A stretch of 63,583 bases of DNA, filler included, from Octopus bimaculoides (GCF_001194135.2; 3 parts of 3 records of this genome joined end to end with filler, not necessarily neighbours in it); one strand, 5' to 3'; shown: positions 33,701 through 48,396, counted from the whole stretch's first letter. Numbers and translations are program-made. The notes: generated from the sequence alone by a model not told the origin.

Positions 33701-36700
33701 NNNNNNNNNNGGGGTAAAATATACAAAGCCCAGTATACCCATCATGACCACCCGTCTGATAAGGGTACACCAGGCACGTGCATCACAACCATACGTGCGC
33801 GACATAGTGGTCTCATATCAAGATAAACAGCGCATGACCTTGTAGATGGGGCCCAGTTAGAATTTTCTCCAGGTCGAGTAGCCCATCCCGCTCAAAAGGT
33901 CCCTGAATAAGGTTTGTTTAAGGATGTTGAGCAAAACACCCATGTTTCCAAAGGTGAATTATTCAAACCCCAAAGAATTCCTCTCAACACATGGCTATGA
34001 TGCTCCCCCACTATTTGAGAGATGCACATATCGTCAGCCACCAAGGGACATGCTCAACTGGTTAAGGTCAAACAACTGACAAGCAAATCTGTGGTATTGA
34101 GCTAAGATCAAAAACCATGAGAACCATTGTCTGGTACTGCATCCAGGCATTTACTATTATTATTATTATTATTATTATTATTGGTTCTCAAAGCGGAAGG
34201 ATGTGTCTTCAGAAGCTGAGTTTTTGTCTAATTTTCATTGAAAATTTTATTTTATCTGTTAATATTTTTGGATATTTCAGTAGCCAAGCTGACTGGGGCC
34301 CTTGCTGAGCTAAGCAGTTAGGCAAGACTTTGCTCTTTTCGGGGCGAATTTTTCATTCTAAGATTTTCAATTTCTCATTTTTGACTTTAAATTTTGTGCC
34401 AAAATGTCCTTGGAGAAGAGTGAAAACTCTTTCGTTCTTTGTGTATAACATCCTCTGCTGTCAAATAATGATAAAAAAAAAAAAAAGAAAAAGTTCCAAC
34501 ATTAACTCTCTCCACCCACCCGACACCTGAGGTCTTTTGGGGTTGATAAATTAGGTACGAATGAAACACTGGGGTCGATGCAATTTGAAGGTCTTGTGCC
34601 TTCAGTAGAAAGGATTATTATTATTATGATTAATATCTTTGTATTTTTTCTTCTGTCTTTTCATTGACATTCCGTTTCTATTTTTAACAGAGTCTTTTCA
34701 GATAAGAATAATAAAAACAGAGGCTTCACTGCTAAGGGTAAATTGACCAAAACTCCAGGACATTATGATGTTAACGGTGACTTCACCTATGGTAACCCAA
34801 AAGACAAAGCAACCAACAACGTGAAATTTAACGCCGCTGTTAACTACAAAATAAAACCTATTGCACGGGAGTTCAGCTTTTTTGTGTCAGCTAAAAGCCC
34901 CAAAAAGGTAAGAGAAGGGTGGCCATTGAATTTACTTATTTTTGTTCGAATGGAAGAGGTAAGCGTTCTGGGTGGATTGTGACACTGCTTGGCGGCGGTC
35001 GTGGTGGAGGTTTTTATGTTGAAGTTGGTTTCTGATGTTTTAAATTGGATTTGGTTGCATCGGTTTTGATACTGGTGTGTCTGGTGACGATGGTGGTAAT
35101 TGTGGATGGTCTCACACACACACACACACTTTTCACACTGCCAGCAGTCTGTTTAATCACAGCAGAATAAGATCAAACAGGAGGAAAGTTTTTATAGGCA
35201 AACTGAGAAAAATGGAATGCATGACAGCATGAACCACCTGAAACAACAGTCCTAATAGGCTTCAGCAATGGTCAATAGCCAGTTCACCACTGGAGCTGGC
35301 TTTCCTGAGCACCATTAAATCGAATTCAAGCCATGTAAGTGATAGGCACGGCTGTGTGATAAGAGAGGTCAGAACAATACTAGAAGAGTATTTTTCATCT
35401 CAGACAAGTGAATTTAGGAAGAGGGGCTTTGCAAGTCTACCAGATAGATGGAAGAGCATTGTAGAAAATGAAGGAGAGTAGATTTTAGATTAAAAAAGAA
35501 CTTTGTTTATCTTAATTTTGAAAAATAAAAGAAGTATAAAAAAACTGCATTATTTATGGGATAACCCAATACACTGGCACCAGTAAGAGACAAGCCTGTA
35601 TGCATGGATGACAGCGGGTTTTACTTAGCTTGACGTATCTTCTCATTTACAGCAAACCACCACAACTCCCAGTCATTTCCTCACTGAAGCTCAGCATCCA
35701 AAGAGCCTTTCTCACCACTTTGTCCCATAAAACAATAAGAAATGAAGAAAATGTCATAAGTACGTTTTGGTGACAAAGTACTTCATTTTCGTATAGTTTC
35801 TTCCCTCAATTATATAAGAACATTTGTTAATATTCGTAACCCCTGTATAGATTTATCTAGCAATAATCAACAATGAAAGGTATTTTTACTAACCTTTAAT
35901 GTCTCTTGTTTCTTTATCTTTTGTCTTTTCAGATCAACTACCAAATGAACGGGACACTTTTCTACACTCACATCTGGCCACTGAGGAAAGTAGACATTTC
36001 TACTGCAATGCAACTTTCAAATAAAGTAAGCAAAGCTGGTATATTTTACAGCAATGTCAAAGTTAAGGGTCTTCAGAAAACTGAGGGAAAAGTTTCTCTG
36101 GATACTCCTCACAGAGACATGGGAATAGAAGTAAAAATTGACCAGCTTACCAGCAGTACTTATAACAGTAGTGCTTCTGTGCAATGGCAGAAAGGACGAA
36201 GTGCCAGTATAGAAACTATGTTGAAAAATACCCCTCAGGTTTCCCATATAGAAAACACTGTTAAGTTTCCCAACAACAAAAATGTTAAACTGATAGTCAC
36301 TGTCAATAAGAGTAACAACAATTATAATGGTTTTTCTATGCTTCATGCTGATGAAGGCACCTTAAGCAACCAAAAAATTGATTTGAAAGCTAAATCTAAA
36401 TATAACAGGAATGGAGCAGATACAACCGGAGAGGTGAATTTGGAACTAGAATCAGATGCATCCAAAAAGTTTAAGTTTACAGCAAGCCGTCATAATACCA
36501 ATGGGCAAAAGACGACCACCGAAATAGACTTAGCAACACCATTTGAAGCTCTTAAAAGTTACTCTGACAGTATTGAACAAACAGTCGATAATAAACAATT
36601 ATCTTATAGAAGAAAAATACAATGGAGGAGCAACGGAAATGAAAATGATATTCAAACTGACCTGAATTACAACTGGGCAATCCAAGAATTTGATTGCAAT

Positions 36701-39700
36701 TATCACTCATCAATAAATAGCATCCCAACTGATATGGAACTATTATTTAAAAATAGTGCAAACAAGAAAAGTGCCCTGTTCAAAGTGAACCACAACAAAC
36801 CAAATCCTCTTATTTTTATAAAAATGGATCATGCTAGAGATAGGCGTCAGGTAACAACAGATGCAAGCCTCATGTTTGATATGTATAATTCTAATGGAAA
36901 TGTCAAGTTTGCCATGCAGAAAGATGACAGAGAAATTACTTTTAGCGGAGATGTTAATGTTAAAATTTCTAATCACAGACTTGAAAGTACATATTCATTG
37001 AAACATAACGATGCTGAATCTTCAATTAAGCTCAATTATACCAGCAATCTCCATAAAAATAGAAACCAAGGATCAATATCAACTGTTGTTACCAAGAACT
37101 TGCCTGGAAATGTGAAAGCTGATGTCTCTGTGACACTTAACAACAAACCACAACTGAAGATGGTTGTCAACTCTGTCTGGTCGAAAGGGAATGTAGATGT
37201 GAATGTAGAAGTGACAGACCATAATGCTAAAATGATCGCTGGTTCCTTTAACCTCAATCTGTCTGGTACAAGGAAGACATCTCATGCTGAAATTAAATCA
37301 GATTCCACTGATATCACATTCAGTGCAGCTGTTGATTTCCAATCTGATCACAATATTGATAGCGAATTGCAAATGGGATATAACGGAAAGAACCTGCTGT
37401 TATCTGGAAACTATAAGAAAGAATCATCTAATCATAAAATAAATGCTAATTTCGGACTTCCTGACGGCAGACAAATTAAGATGCAAACGTCTTTTAACAA
37501 CGCTGCAAAGAAATCATTCTCTTTCAATGTAGAGAGCGAAGATTTTATGGACATGGTCTTTTCTGTTCAGCAAGACAATAAGAACTTTATGGTAGATGCA
37601 TCAGTCAAAGTATTGCCATATTTGGAAAAAACACAGTTGAAAGCCAGTTTGACCAGAGATAAAATGTTGGAGGCTTCAGCTGAACTGGAAACACCGTTTG
37701 AATCTATAAAACAGGCGAAAGCAATTGTGTCATTGGAAATTGATGGAAAAAAACAAGACACAATCAACGTTAAGACCTTCCTGAACTCTAAGAAATTCTC
37801 CAGTTTCAAGCTTGTTTACAATATTAGAAGTTTAAAAGATTTCAGTGTGAAGATAACCGTTAGCACGTTACACAGGAAGTACAATGAGTTCTTGTTTGAT
37901 ATCACACACAGAGGAGACTGGATGAATTTTGATTCTAATGTAGAGATGAAGGCGGGCAATATATTCATGCTTAAGTCCACTTGGAAGAATGGCCAACATA
38001 ACACAGATCTTGATTTCAGTGCGACTGTGCGTGATAGAACTTGGGTGTTTCAGCTTGTTAAAAGTAACTCAGAATTGACATCCAACGTAACCTACAAAAT
38101 AAGACAGAAGGACCAGTATACAGCTCATATGAAGTTAAATGGCAAGCAAGGCAGTTTACAACTCACAGCTCCAGGAGATAAGAAATTTAATGCTGACATG
38201 ACCATCAATCCAAATGATCACGTGGCCAAACTTGACTTGAAACTTTCCATTCCGTCCGACGCCAGTGAACTGATGTTGACCTTCTCAGGTACTTTGGCGT
38301 CATTCAACTTCCAAGCTGATTTCACTCACAACACTGACAAATACATAGTCACTGTATCCAACAAAGATAAACTATTGGAAGTCACTGTCGCAACTCCTTT
38401 GATAAATTCAAAAATGGACTTAACAAAGAACGGAGGTTGGGACATGTTCACAATGAACCTTGAAGCCAAATATCACAACATTGAAAAGCAGTTAATTCTT
38501 TCCGTAGTAAAAGACCATAAAAAGATTAATGTTGATCTCAGTGCTCCTGCATGTGAAATACAGTTCCATTGGGATAACAACAATATTGAAAATGGAATGG
38601 TGAGTATTTCACTGAAAAAATTCAAGTTTGAAGTGGTCTATACTGACAAGGATGCCAAGCCAAAGACTTTATCTTTGACCTTCTCCACACCAAAACACAA
38701 TCTTGTTATGAAGATGAGTATTGATGTCAAGAAAAATGGCATTGATGGGAACGTTTTAACCACTTACAATGAGAAGAAACTTAATCTAGATGGTTCCTAT
38801 AAAACCGTGGATCAAAAGAAGATTTTCAAAGGAAAGATGGAGACTCCAACTTCCACTTATGATTTAACAGGTACACTTACTGGTAAATTGAAGAAGTTCA
38901 AAATTACAATCAAATTGCAGCACGACAAGGATGCCTATGAATTAACAATGTCAAACAAAGCTTTCAAGACATTAAACCTGAACATGTGTGCACCAGGTTT
39001 CAAATTGAAGATGGACTTTGAAGGAGAACTGCAGAAATTTAAGTTTTTCACGAGTATGAACATTGGCAAAAAGCAATTCAAAGGTGTGATTTCCAATGAA
39101 AACTATTGGAAAGGTTTCAATGCTGACATTACAGCTGACTTGGCAAATTTTGAAATGAAATGGGAATTTGACAGTGACATGAGAAAAATGCTTCTCAGCA
39201 CCCAGTTACAAGGGAAACAAAATAAATATTCATTAAGTTCATCTATAAACATTGATACTCACTCATACTCATTGTCTATCATGTTGCCATGGTTCATTTT
39301 GAAGGCAAATATTATGAATGGTTTCCAATCATCCAATATGGAAACCAAGCTGGTATTTAGCCATGGCACTTATGAATTAACTGCTTTCCAGGATAGTAAT
39401 AGCTTCAATATGACCGCCACTCGACAGGGTAAGCAAAAACTTGACATCCTAGTGACTAAGACGTCTGCCATGTTGCGTTTCCAGAATAAAAATGACATCC
39501 ACGAATATCATTTTACTTTTAACAAGGCAGGAGTTTCAGTTAACCTTTCTTCTTTTGGCAACACAGCTGAAGGGAATGTAAAGTTTAATGACAACATGAA
39601 TGAATTTTCTATCAATGCCCAGCTACTGAACAAGGGAAACACTTACAAACTGGAAGCCTCAAATGACAAATACAAACAAATTAAATTCCATACAATCATG

Positions 39701-42700
39701 CCTAATGGTAAAGTGCTTCTCTTCCTGTTCGATAATACCGGCAATTCGAAAGATGGTAAAATCCGAGCAACAGTTAAGTATAATAAATTCAATAGTGAGC
39801 TCAATCTTAGATGGTTAGATGATAAAAGCAATGCTGTATTCCGTATAGAATTAAAGGCTTCTTCAGAGAAGACAAGAGCCATCTTCAATTATAAACTACA
39901 ATTTGAGCCTGTAATGGAAATACTTGTTACCTCACTTGATATCACCATTAACAACAGAAAGAGTTCAATAATATCAACTATACGTCTGTCAAATGGTGTG
40001 GATGGTTCCATTGTACTTGATGATCCTTATACTGGTCGTGCTGAGCTGACGTTCAAGATCAAGCCATGGGATATGAACAACTTTAAATCAAATTGGGTGC
40101 TCAACTATAATCTGACAGGAAATGTCACCATTACATACGAACATTCTTTGACAGAAACCTCTTTCAAGAGCATTGGTAATCTCGAAAGTGGCAATAACAA
40201 ACTTGCAAATTATAAGATGGAAGTAAACTTCCAAGATCGTAACTATGGTTTCAAGGCAGATCTTAAAAATGGAAAATATAATATCAACTGTAAAGGGTCT
40301 TTTAAAGATGGCCAGAAGGATATCAACATTCAGGTGAAAACTCCATACAGATATCTGAGAGATGTGACTTTTTCAGCTGAATTATACTCAAACAGAATGC
40401 TCAAAGTTAGTGCCACCTTCCCTAGACAGTTCTATGCAGCCAAGATGGACTGGAAAAGTGACAGTCTTACTACCGAGATTGACTTACACATGGATCGCGT
40501 GGACAAACTGAAGCAATTTAAGATTATCTTGTTCTATGTGAATGCTGATGAAAGAGCTACTGTCTCCAGACATACCACCTTCACACTGATCCAGGGCGAT
40601 ACTGTTTTGACTACAAAAATCAACTGGAAGAAATCACATAACATGTATATGTCTAAGGGAGAATTTAGTTGGGGAGAAGCAGATGACCAGAAAGTCGGTG
40701 CTGAGCTTCGTATAAAGACAGCCGAGAAGAAAGAAGTGTCCCTCATTTTGATGTCACATCATCGTAACTCTGTCGTGACCTGCAGTCAAGAATCTGGTCG
40801 GGACCGACGCAACATCATGTGTGCACTGACGCCGGATGCTAGCAAGAAAAATAACAAGATTGGAATCAATGCTGACATATTCAATTACGACAATAAAAAG
40901 ATATTTGACATCACCATCAAATTACCCAATCAGAAAAATGTGAGTAGCTTTCAGAAATATGCCTTCTTTAAAACAATTTCACTTTTCATTTTGTTGCTCA
41001 AATAATCTCAAAGTTATCCTCGTTTGACATTTGTCTGAATTTCAGATTCTATCTTGATACTAAGGCAAATGGATTTTCACTGTTTTTAAGGAGAAACAAA
41101 CATCTGCTTTATGGTCTTCTTGGGGGTTCTGTTGGTCCTTTCACATTGGCCATTGCCTTGAGGTCGATAGGGACACATTCTAGTTTTGTCCCGTTCATAT
41201 GAAAGAAACACTGGAGCTGCTTATTATCAAATTGGGTTGCTCTGTCAGAGGGGATACAACTTGATGATCCAAACAATGAAAGGGGGTCAATCAGGTGGGA
41301 AATTACTGTTTTGGTACTCATCTCTTTGCACGGGTATGCAAATGGGTACCTTGAGTACTCATCGACTTTTACCAACAAGTACCTGTGTTGTGTAGTTGAT
41401 GTCAAGGGACCAACAAAGTCAATGGAGAGTCACTCCCAAGGTCTCGATGCTTGTATTAATTGACCCCATTAGTGTCTTATTGAAGCAGGGTTTGAGTTTG
41501 CTGCATGTAGAGCAAGTATCATCTCACAGATTTTATTGAGGGTAGCACATAAAAAGCACCAGGTAGGAGTGGCTGTGTGGTAAGTAGCTTTTTTACCAAC
41601 CACATGATTCCAGGTTCAGTCCCACTGCGTGGCACCTTGGGCAAGTGTCTTCTACTATAGCCTCGGGCCGACCAAAGCCTTGTGAGTGGATTTGGTAGAC
41701 GGAAACTGAAAGAAGCCTGTCGTATATATGTATATATATATATGTATGTGTGTATGTGTTTGCCCCCCAACATCGCTTGACAACCGATGTTGGTGTGTTT
41801 ACGTCCCCGTAACTTAGCGGTTCGGCAAAAAGAGACTGATAGAATAAGTACTAGGCTTCCAAAGAATAAGTCCTAGGGTCGATTTGCTCGACTAAAGGCG
41901 GTGCTCCAGCATGGCCACAGTCAATTGACTGAAACAAGNNNNNNNNNNNNNNNNNNNNNNNNNNNNNNNNNNNNNNNNNNNNNNNNNNNNNNNNNNNNNN
42001 NNNNNNNNNNNNNNNNNNNNNNNNNNNNNNNNNNNNNNNNNNNNNNNNNNNNNNNNNNNNNNNNNNNNNNNNNNNNNNNNNNNNNNNNNNNNNNNNNNNN
42101 NNNNNNNNNNNNNNNNNNNNNNNNNNNNNNNNNNNNNNNNNNNNNNNNNNNNNNNNNNNNNNNNNNNNNNNNNNNNNNNNNNNNNNNNNNNNNNNNNNNN
42201 NNNNNNNNNNNNNNNNNNNNNNNNNNNNNNNNNNNNNNNNNNNNNNNNNNNNNNNNNNNNNNNNNNNNNNNNNNNNNNNNNNNNNNNNNNNNNNNNNNNN
42301 NNNNNNNNNNNNNNNNNNNNNNNNNNNNNNTATTGAGCAAAAAACACCTAAAAGCTCCACGAGGCTCCGGCAGGAGATGGTGGCGAACCCTGCTGTAATC
42401 TTTCACCACAACTTTCTCTCGCTCTTACTTCCTGTTTCTGTTGTGCCTGTATTTCAAAGGGTCAGCCTTGTCACACTCTGTGTCACGCTAAATATCCCCC
42501 GAGAACTACGTTAAGGGTACACGTGTCTGTGGAGTGCTCAGCCACTTGCATGTTAATTTCACGAGCAGGCTGTTCCGTTGATTGGATCAACTGGAACCCT
42601 CGACGTCGTAAGTGACGGAGTGCCAACACACAACAACAGAAGACAGTATCCATCTATCAACGTCAAGTGGCACTGTGCCGCATTTTTGTACTCAACACAA

Positions 42701-45700
42701 AATAAGATATCTATATTTCTGCCTATTATTTGCAATTGTAGAAAGGAATTAATGGTAAGATATTATAATTCATAACAGGTATTCTTAATAGAAATAGAAA
42801 GTAAGGAAATTCTTTTAAAATGGGAGCCGCATTAGTCAGTGAGAGAGCTTGTATGTAACCAACAGCCAGATCTCCCTCTCCTTAAGTTCCTTACTCTCTT
42901 TAACCCTTTCGATATCAACCCATCTGCGATACAGACTTGGTGATGTAAAATGATGTTAATTAAAATCTTCAATGAAAATTCCATATTCATTTCCATGCCA
43001 AACCCTGACTTGATCATGACAATGGTAATTTACCAAATTTTTTATCATTTTCAAAATTAATAGAAACAAAAACCAAAAGCAGTGTGTTTCAAAAGATATA
43101 TGTTAAAAAAAGGGTTAAATGCAAACTGTCTATTTTTCAGAGCTTGAAACTGAAAACGGTTATCAATGGACCTAACGGAGACTCCCTGGGCAGTATCCGT
43201 ACACAGCTTAGTTATGATGAAAATGTTCGTAAAACATTGACTATTGAAGCAAAAATGAACAACAACAATGGCAACTACACACTCAACGCCTATTTTGAAC
43301 ATCCGTACTCAAACTTAGCTTTGGAAATTTTGGCTTTCGCCACTGCACCACAGCATAGATACAGTACTGGAGTAGAACTGAAATATTTGACTTCCAAACG
43401 TAGTCAAAAAAGCTTTAAATTCTTTGCAGACATCGACAAGAGGAGACGTGAAATGAAAATTGAGGTAAGGACTTTATGTAGAGGCACAATGGCCCAGTGG
43501 TTAGGGCAGCGGACTCGCGGTCATAGGATCGCAGTTTCGATTCCCAGACCGGGCGTTGTGAGTGTTTATTGAGCGAAAACACTTAAATCTCCTCGAGGCT
43601 CCGGCAGTGGGGCGTGGCAAACCCTGCTGTACTCTTTCACCACAACTTTCTCTCACTCTTACTTCCTGTTTCTGTTGTACCTGTGTTTCAAAGGGGCCAG
43701 CCTTGTCACACTGTGTCACGCTGAATCTCACCCAAGAACTACACTAATACTGGCATAGCTCTAATGATACTCCCTCCATTTAATTTTGTTTCAAGCACCT
43801 TTCTAATTCTCTCCTTATACTCTGAAGAGATTCTCTCTCATTTCTCCTTCCGTCATTCTGTTGTTTTGCAGTACCTTTTGGTGTTTCTGTCCCACTTTTC
43901 CACAGTGATCTAATTATGTTGTTTCATGGTAATTTCATGCCATCAGAGTTTATCTTCCAATTTCTTTTCATAATTAGCACTGCTTACTTAATTATCCCAA
44001 ACTGCATTCCAATATCCTTGCTGAATGCTCTTACAGTTCGGATCAGAGAATCCAGATTGCTCCCATACTTTTGTATATAGTTTGGGATTTTTGGCAGGTA
44101 TTTATGTTTACCTTGATTTTGGTAAACTCGTAGGCAGTCCTGGATTTTTATCAGTATACTTGTCACAGGGATCAACACAACTAAAAACAGTAGTGGAGAG
44201 AAAAATGCCCTTGTTGTATTTTCATATTTCCTTGTGATTCATTTGGAAGTGTCAGTTCTACTTCTCACACTCTGATTTTTCCCAAAGGCACTCCAAGAAC
44301 CAGCTGTGTGGAACCTTCTTGCAAGTCTTCTTGTAATGTATCCATCTGACAGCTAAAATCTTCTTTCTTGCTCGCAACTCATTTAACATCCTACTATCTG
44401 AATACAACAGTTCCTCCAAGAATTCTTTCTCAATGCTTTATAAATTCTCTTTTTCTATTTCAGGCGATCACACCCAAGAATCAACTCGAAATTTTTGGCT
44501 CTGCTGTCAGGGATAACCAATTCGAAGTGACTTTGAAAAAAATGGAAAATGGTATGAAAGACAGGCAAGTTACAGCAACAATCAGCCACGATGCCAAGAG
44601 TTGGTTCTTTGAATCGAGCTACGACCTAGGTAAGACTCCCTCTCCTGCACCACTTCACTGTGTTATGAGATTAAGAAGTTTGTTTCACAATCACATGGTT
44701 TCTGGTTTGATTGGGTAGTGAAGCCTTGTGAGTAAAATTTGATTGACAAAAACAAAAGTATTGTTAATGGAATTTGGTAGACAAAATTAAAGGTTTATGT
44801 TTGAAATTTGGTAGACAAAATATATGGTTTGTGAGTGGAATTTGGTAGACAAAATTAAAGGTTTATGCTTGAAATTTGGTAGACAAAATTAAAGGTTTAT
44901 GTNNNNNNNNNNNNNNNNNNNNNNNNNNNNNNNNNNNNNNNNNNNNNNNNNNNNNNNNNNNNNNNNNNNNNNNNNNNNNNNNNNNNNNNNNNNNNNNNNN
45001 NNNNNNNNNNNNNNNNNNNNNNNNNNNNNNNNNNNNNNNNNNNNNNNNNNNNNNNNNNNNNNNNNNNNNNNNNNNNNNNNNNNNNNNNNNNNNNNNNNNN
45101 NNNNNNNNNNNNNNNNNNNNNNNNNNNNNNNNNNNNNNNNNNNNNNNNNNNNNNNNNNNNNNNNNNNNNNNNNNNNNNNNNNNNNNNNNNNNNNNNNNNN
45201 NNNNNNNNNNNNNNNNNNNNNNNNNNNNNNNNNNNNNNNNNNNNNNNNNNNNNNNNNNNNNNNNNNNNNNNNNNNNNNNNNNNNNNNNNNNNNNNNNNNN
45301 NNNNNNNNNNNNNNNNNNNNNNNNNNNNNNNNNNNNNNNNNNNNNNNNNNNNNNNNNNNNNNNNNNNNNNNNNNNNNNNNNNNNNNNNNNNNNNNNNNNN
45401 NNNNNNNNNNNNNNNNNNNNNNNNNNNNNNNNNNNNNNNNNNNNNNNNNNNNNNNNNNNNNNNNNNNNNNNNNNNNNNNNNNNNNNNNNNNNNNNNNNNN
45501 NNNNNNNNNNNNNNNNNNNNNNNNNNNNNNNNNNNNNNNNNNNNNNNNNNNNNNNNNNNNNNNNNNNNNNNNNNNNNNNNNNNNNNNNAAAGGTTTATGT
45601 TTGAAATTTGGTAGACAAAATTAAAGGTTTATGCTTGAAATTTGGTAGACAAAATTAAAGGTTTATGTGTGAAATTTGGTAGACAAAATATATGGTTTGT

Positions 45701-48100
45701 GAGTGGAATTTGGCAGACAAAATGAAAGCTTTGTGAGTGAAATTCGGTAACTGAAATGATAGGAAAAAAATATTACAAATGAAAGATGTGTGTATACATG
45801 AAGCCAGATTCAGACTCCCTTTACTTCTTCTCTCCTAAATAGTTTAATAAATTTCTCTGTTTGTTGTTTGTTTTAGACGATCCTAAGAAGCAGCTCCGCA
45901 TGAGAGCAGAAATGATGAATAGGAAGTTAATGGCGAAGGTAATTAGAGTCATGGGACAACAGGTTAACAAAGATGGAAGGATGAGCATTGAGTTAAAGCC
46001 CTCAAGTATTTTGCTTGCCCAGATTTTCTGGAACCCAGACACTGTCAATGAACTAAACGTAAGTTTCAAATTCCAGAGTTGTTTCATGCATCCCCCCCAC
46101 ACACACACACACACATACACACATTTTCTTTGAAGAATCCTTGTCCCCAAGCATCATTGTATCAACAGTTCATTTTGATTCTCTTTTGTTTCTCTTTCCC
46201 TTCTACCCGTCAGGGAGAAGGCAACCTTTTGGTATTGGTGAACAAACAGGAACAACACAAGGTTGAGCTGACTCACCCAGTTGTGCTCAGGACATGACAT
46301 CCTCTCTAGTGCTGGTGCCATGATAAAATGCTGCCAGTGCGCACTCTGTAAAAATTGGTTGCTGATAGAAAAGAAACTAAGTCACAAATAAAAAAAAAAA
46401 TTTTTTTTTTTTTTTAAACATGCCAGAGATGTAATGTGTGAGTAAGACATGGTCCTATGACTCATTCTAGGCAGGAAATAACTGTGAATAAGAACAAACT
46501 TCATCTAAGGCAACTAATCTGAACTATGTCAATATAGAGATACAAACATAAAAATGTTGTTGACGATGATGATATTGATGTCTGTATGTTATTTAGCCTT
46601 ACCCTACAACCACCAATCAAATCTCATCTAATATTTAGCTCCCCTCTACAACCACACTCATGGAGGTGCAATGGCCCAGTGGTTAGGGCAGCAGACTCAC
46701 AGTCATAGGATCGCGGTTTCGATTCCCAGACCGGGCGATATGAGTGAGTGTTTATTGAGCGAAAACACCGAAAAGCTCCACGAGGCTCCGGCAGGGGATG
46801 GTGGCAAACCCTGCTGTACTCTTTCACCACAACTTTCTCTCGCTCTTTCTTCCTGTTTTTGTTGTACCTGTATTTCAAAGGGGCCAGCCTTGTCACACTC
46901 TGTGTCACGCTGAATATCCCCCCCGAGAACTACGTTAAGGGTACACGTGTCTGTGGAGTGCTCAGCCACTTGCACGTTAATTTCAGAGCAGGCTGTTCCG
47001 TTGATCGGATCAACTGGAACCCTCGATGTCGTAAGCGACGGAGTGCCAACAACAACAACCACACTCACTTTCTAGTCCAGAATTAAGCCTAGACTTCCGA
47101 GACAACACTCACAACACATCTTGTCTGTCTCACTAAAATATCACTTGCTTTTCTTTCAGGATTATTGTTATGCCATGTTGCAGCACTACGGCAACGAGAT
47201 GAAGTTATTAGGAGACAGAATTGGTGAATTCCTGTCTAAGGAGATATCAACAAAAGGTAAACTGATGAAGGAATCCTTCAATGAACCCCTGGATACAATA
47301 ACCAATTTCATGTCTTCGGAGTATGACCATTTCTCAAACGAGGTTGCCAACCATGCCAGGAGAATCGGTGAATTTTATGAAAGAAATTCTTTCTATATAA
47401 AGTCTGCCTTGGATCTTTGGGACTCAATGTGGGTCAGTTTCCAAAGAGAGATCGAGAACTTATGGAGATATGTTGAAAACTTCAACATGAGAATGATGGA
47501 CAAATTGGATGAAGCCAAGATGCACATGGAGTATTATTACATGTACTTTCAACGACAGTACCTGGTATGTGATTCAGTATTAAATCATAAATGTATTATA
47601 TTTGAATATCAGTATATAATTCTCAGGTTCTCATTATATATATGTGTGTCATCATCGTCGTCGTCATCGTTTAATGTCCACTTTCCATGCTGGCATGGGT
47701 TGGACGGTTTGACGGAGGGCTGGCGAGCCAGAAGGCTGCAACAGGTTCCAATCTGATCTGACAAAGTTTCTACAGCTGAATGCCCTTCCTAACGCCAACC
47801 ACTCCGAGAGTGTAGTGCCACCGGCATGAGGGCCAGTCCGGCTGTACTGGCAACGACTGCACTCAAACGGTATTTTTTATGTGCCACCAGGCACAGGAGC
47901 CAGTCATGCGATGCTGGCAATGATCACGCTCGAATGGTGCCTTTTACGTGCCACCAACATCGGAGCCAGTCAGCGGCCCTCGGGCTATTGATACAGCACT
48001 GGTGACAATGTTCTTGCATTGTTTTAGTCTTCAAATGATGTCACCCAGTGGCTAGATTAGTAGGACAATGTGTGTGTGTGTGTGTGTATATGTATATATA

Positions 48101-48133
<33 letters not shown>

Positions 48134-48325
48134 GATTAATCGCTGACCAAACACCATTAAATTTTTTTTCTCCGTGTTTTTCTTGTTTTCTCTGTATTCT
48201 TTCTGTTGAAGAGCGTAGCTCGAAACGTTAAAGACTTTCTGTATTCCCGAGCGTCAAACTAATACATCCTTTTGTTGTTTACACCACCTGTCCTCGTCTG
48301 TTGATGTCTTTTTTCGTACATTCTC

Positions 48326-48396
<71 letters not shown>

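Noticed and set aside
44765-45725. 34-bp repeats as a CRISPR array
   Set aside because: Units are contiguous with no unique spacers, there are no cas genes, and the context is a eukaryotic intron.
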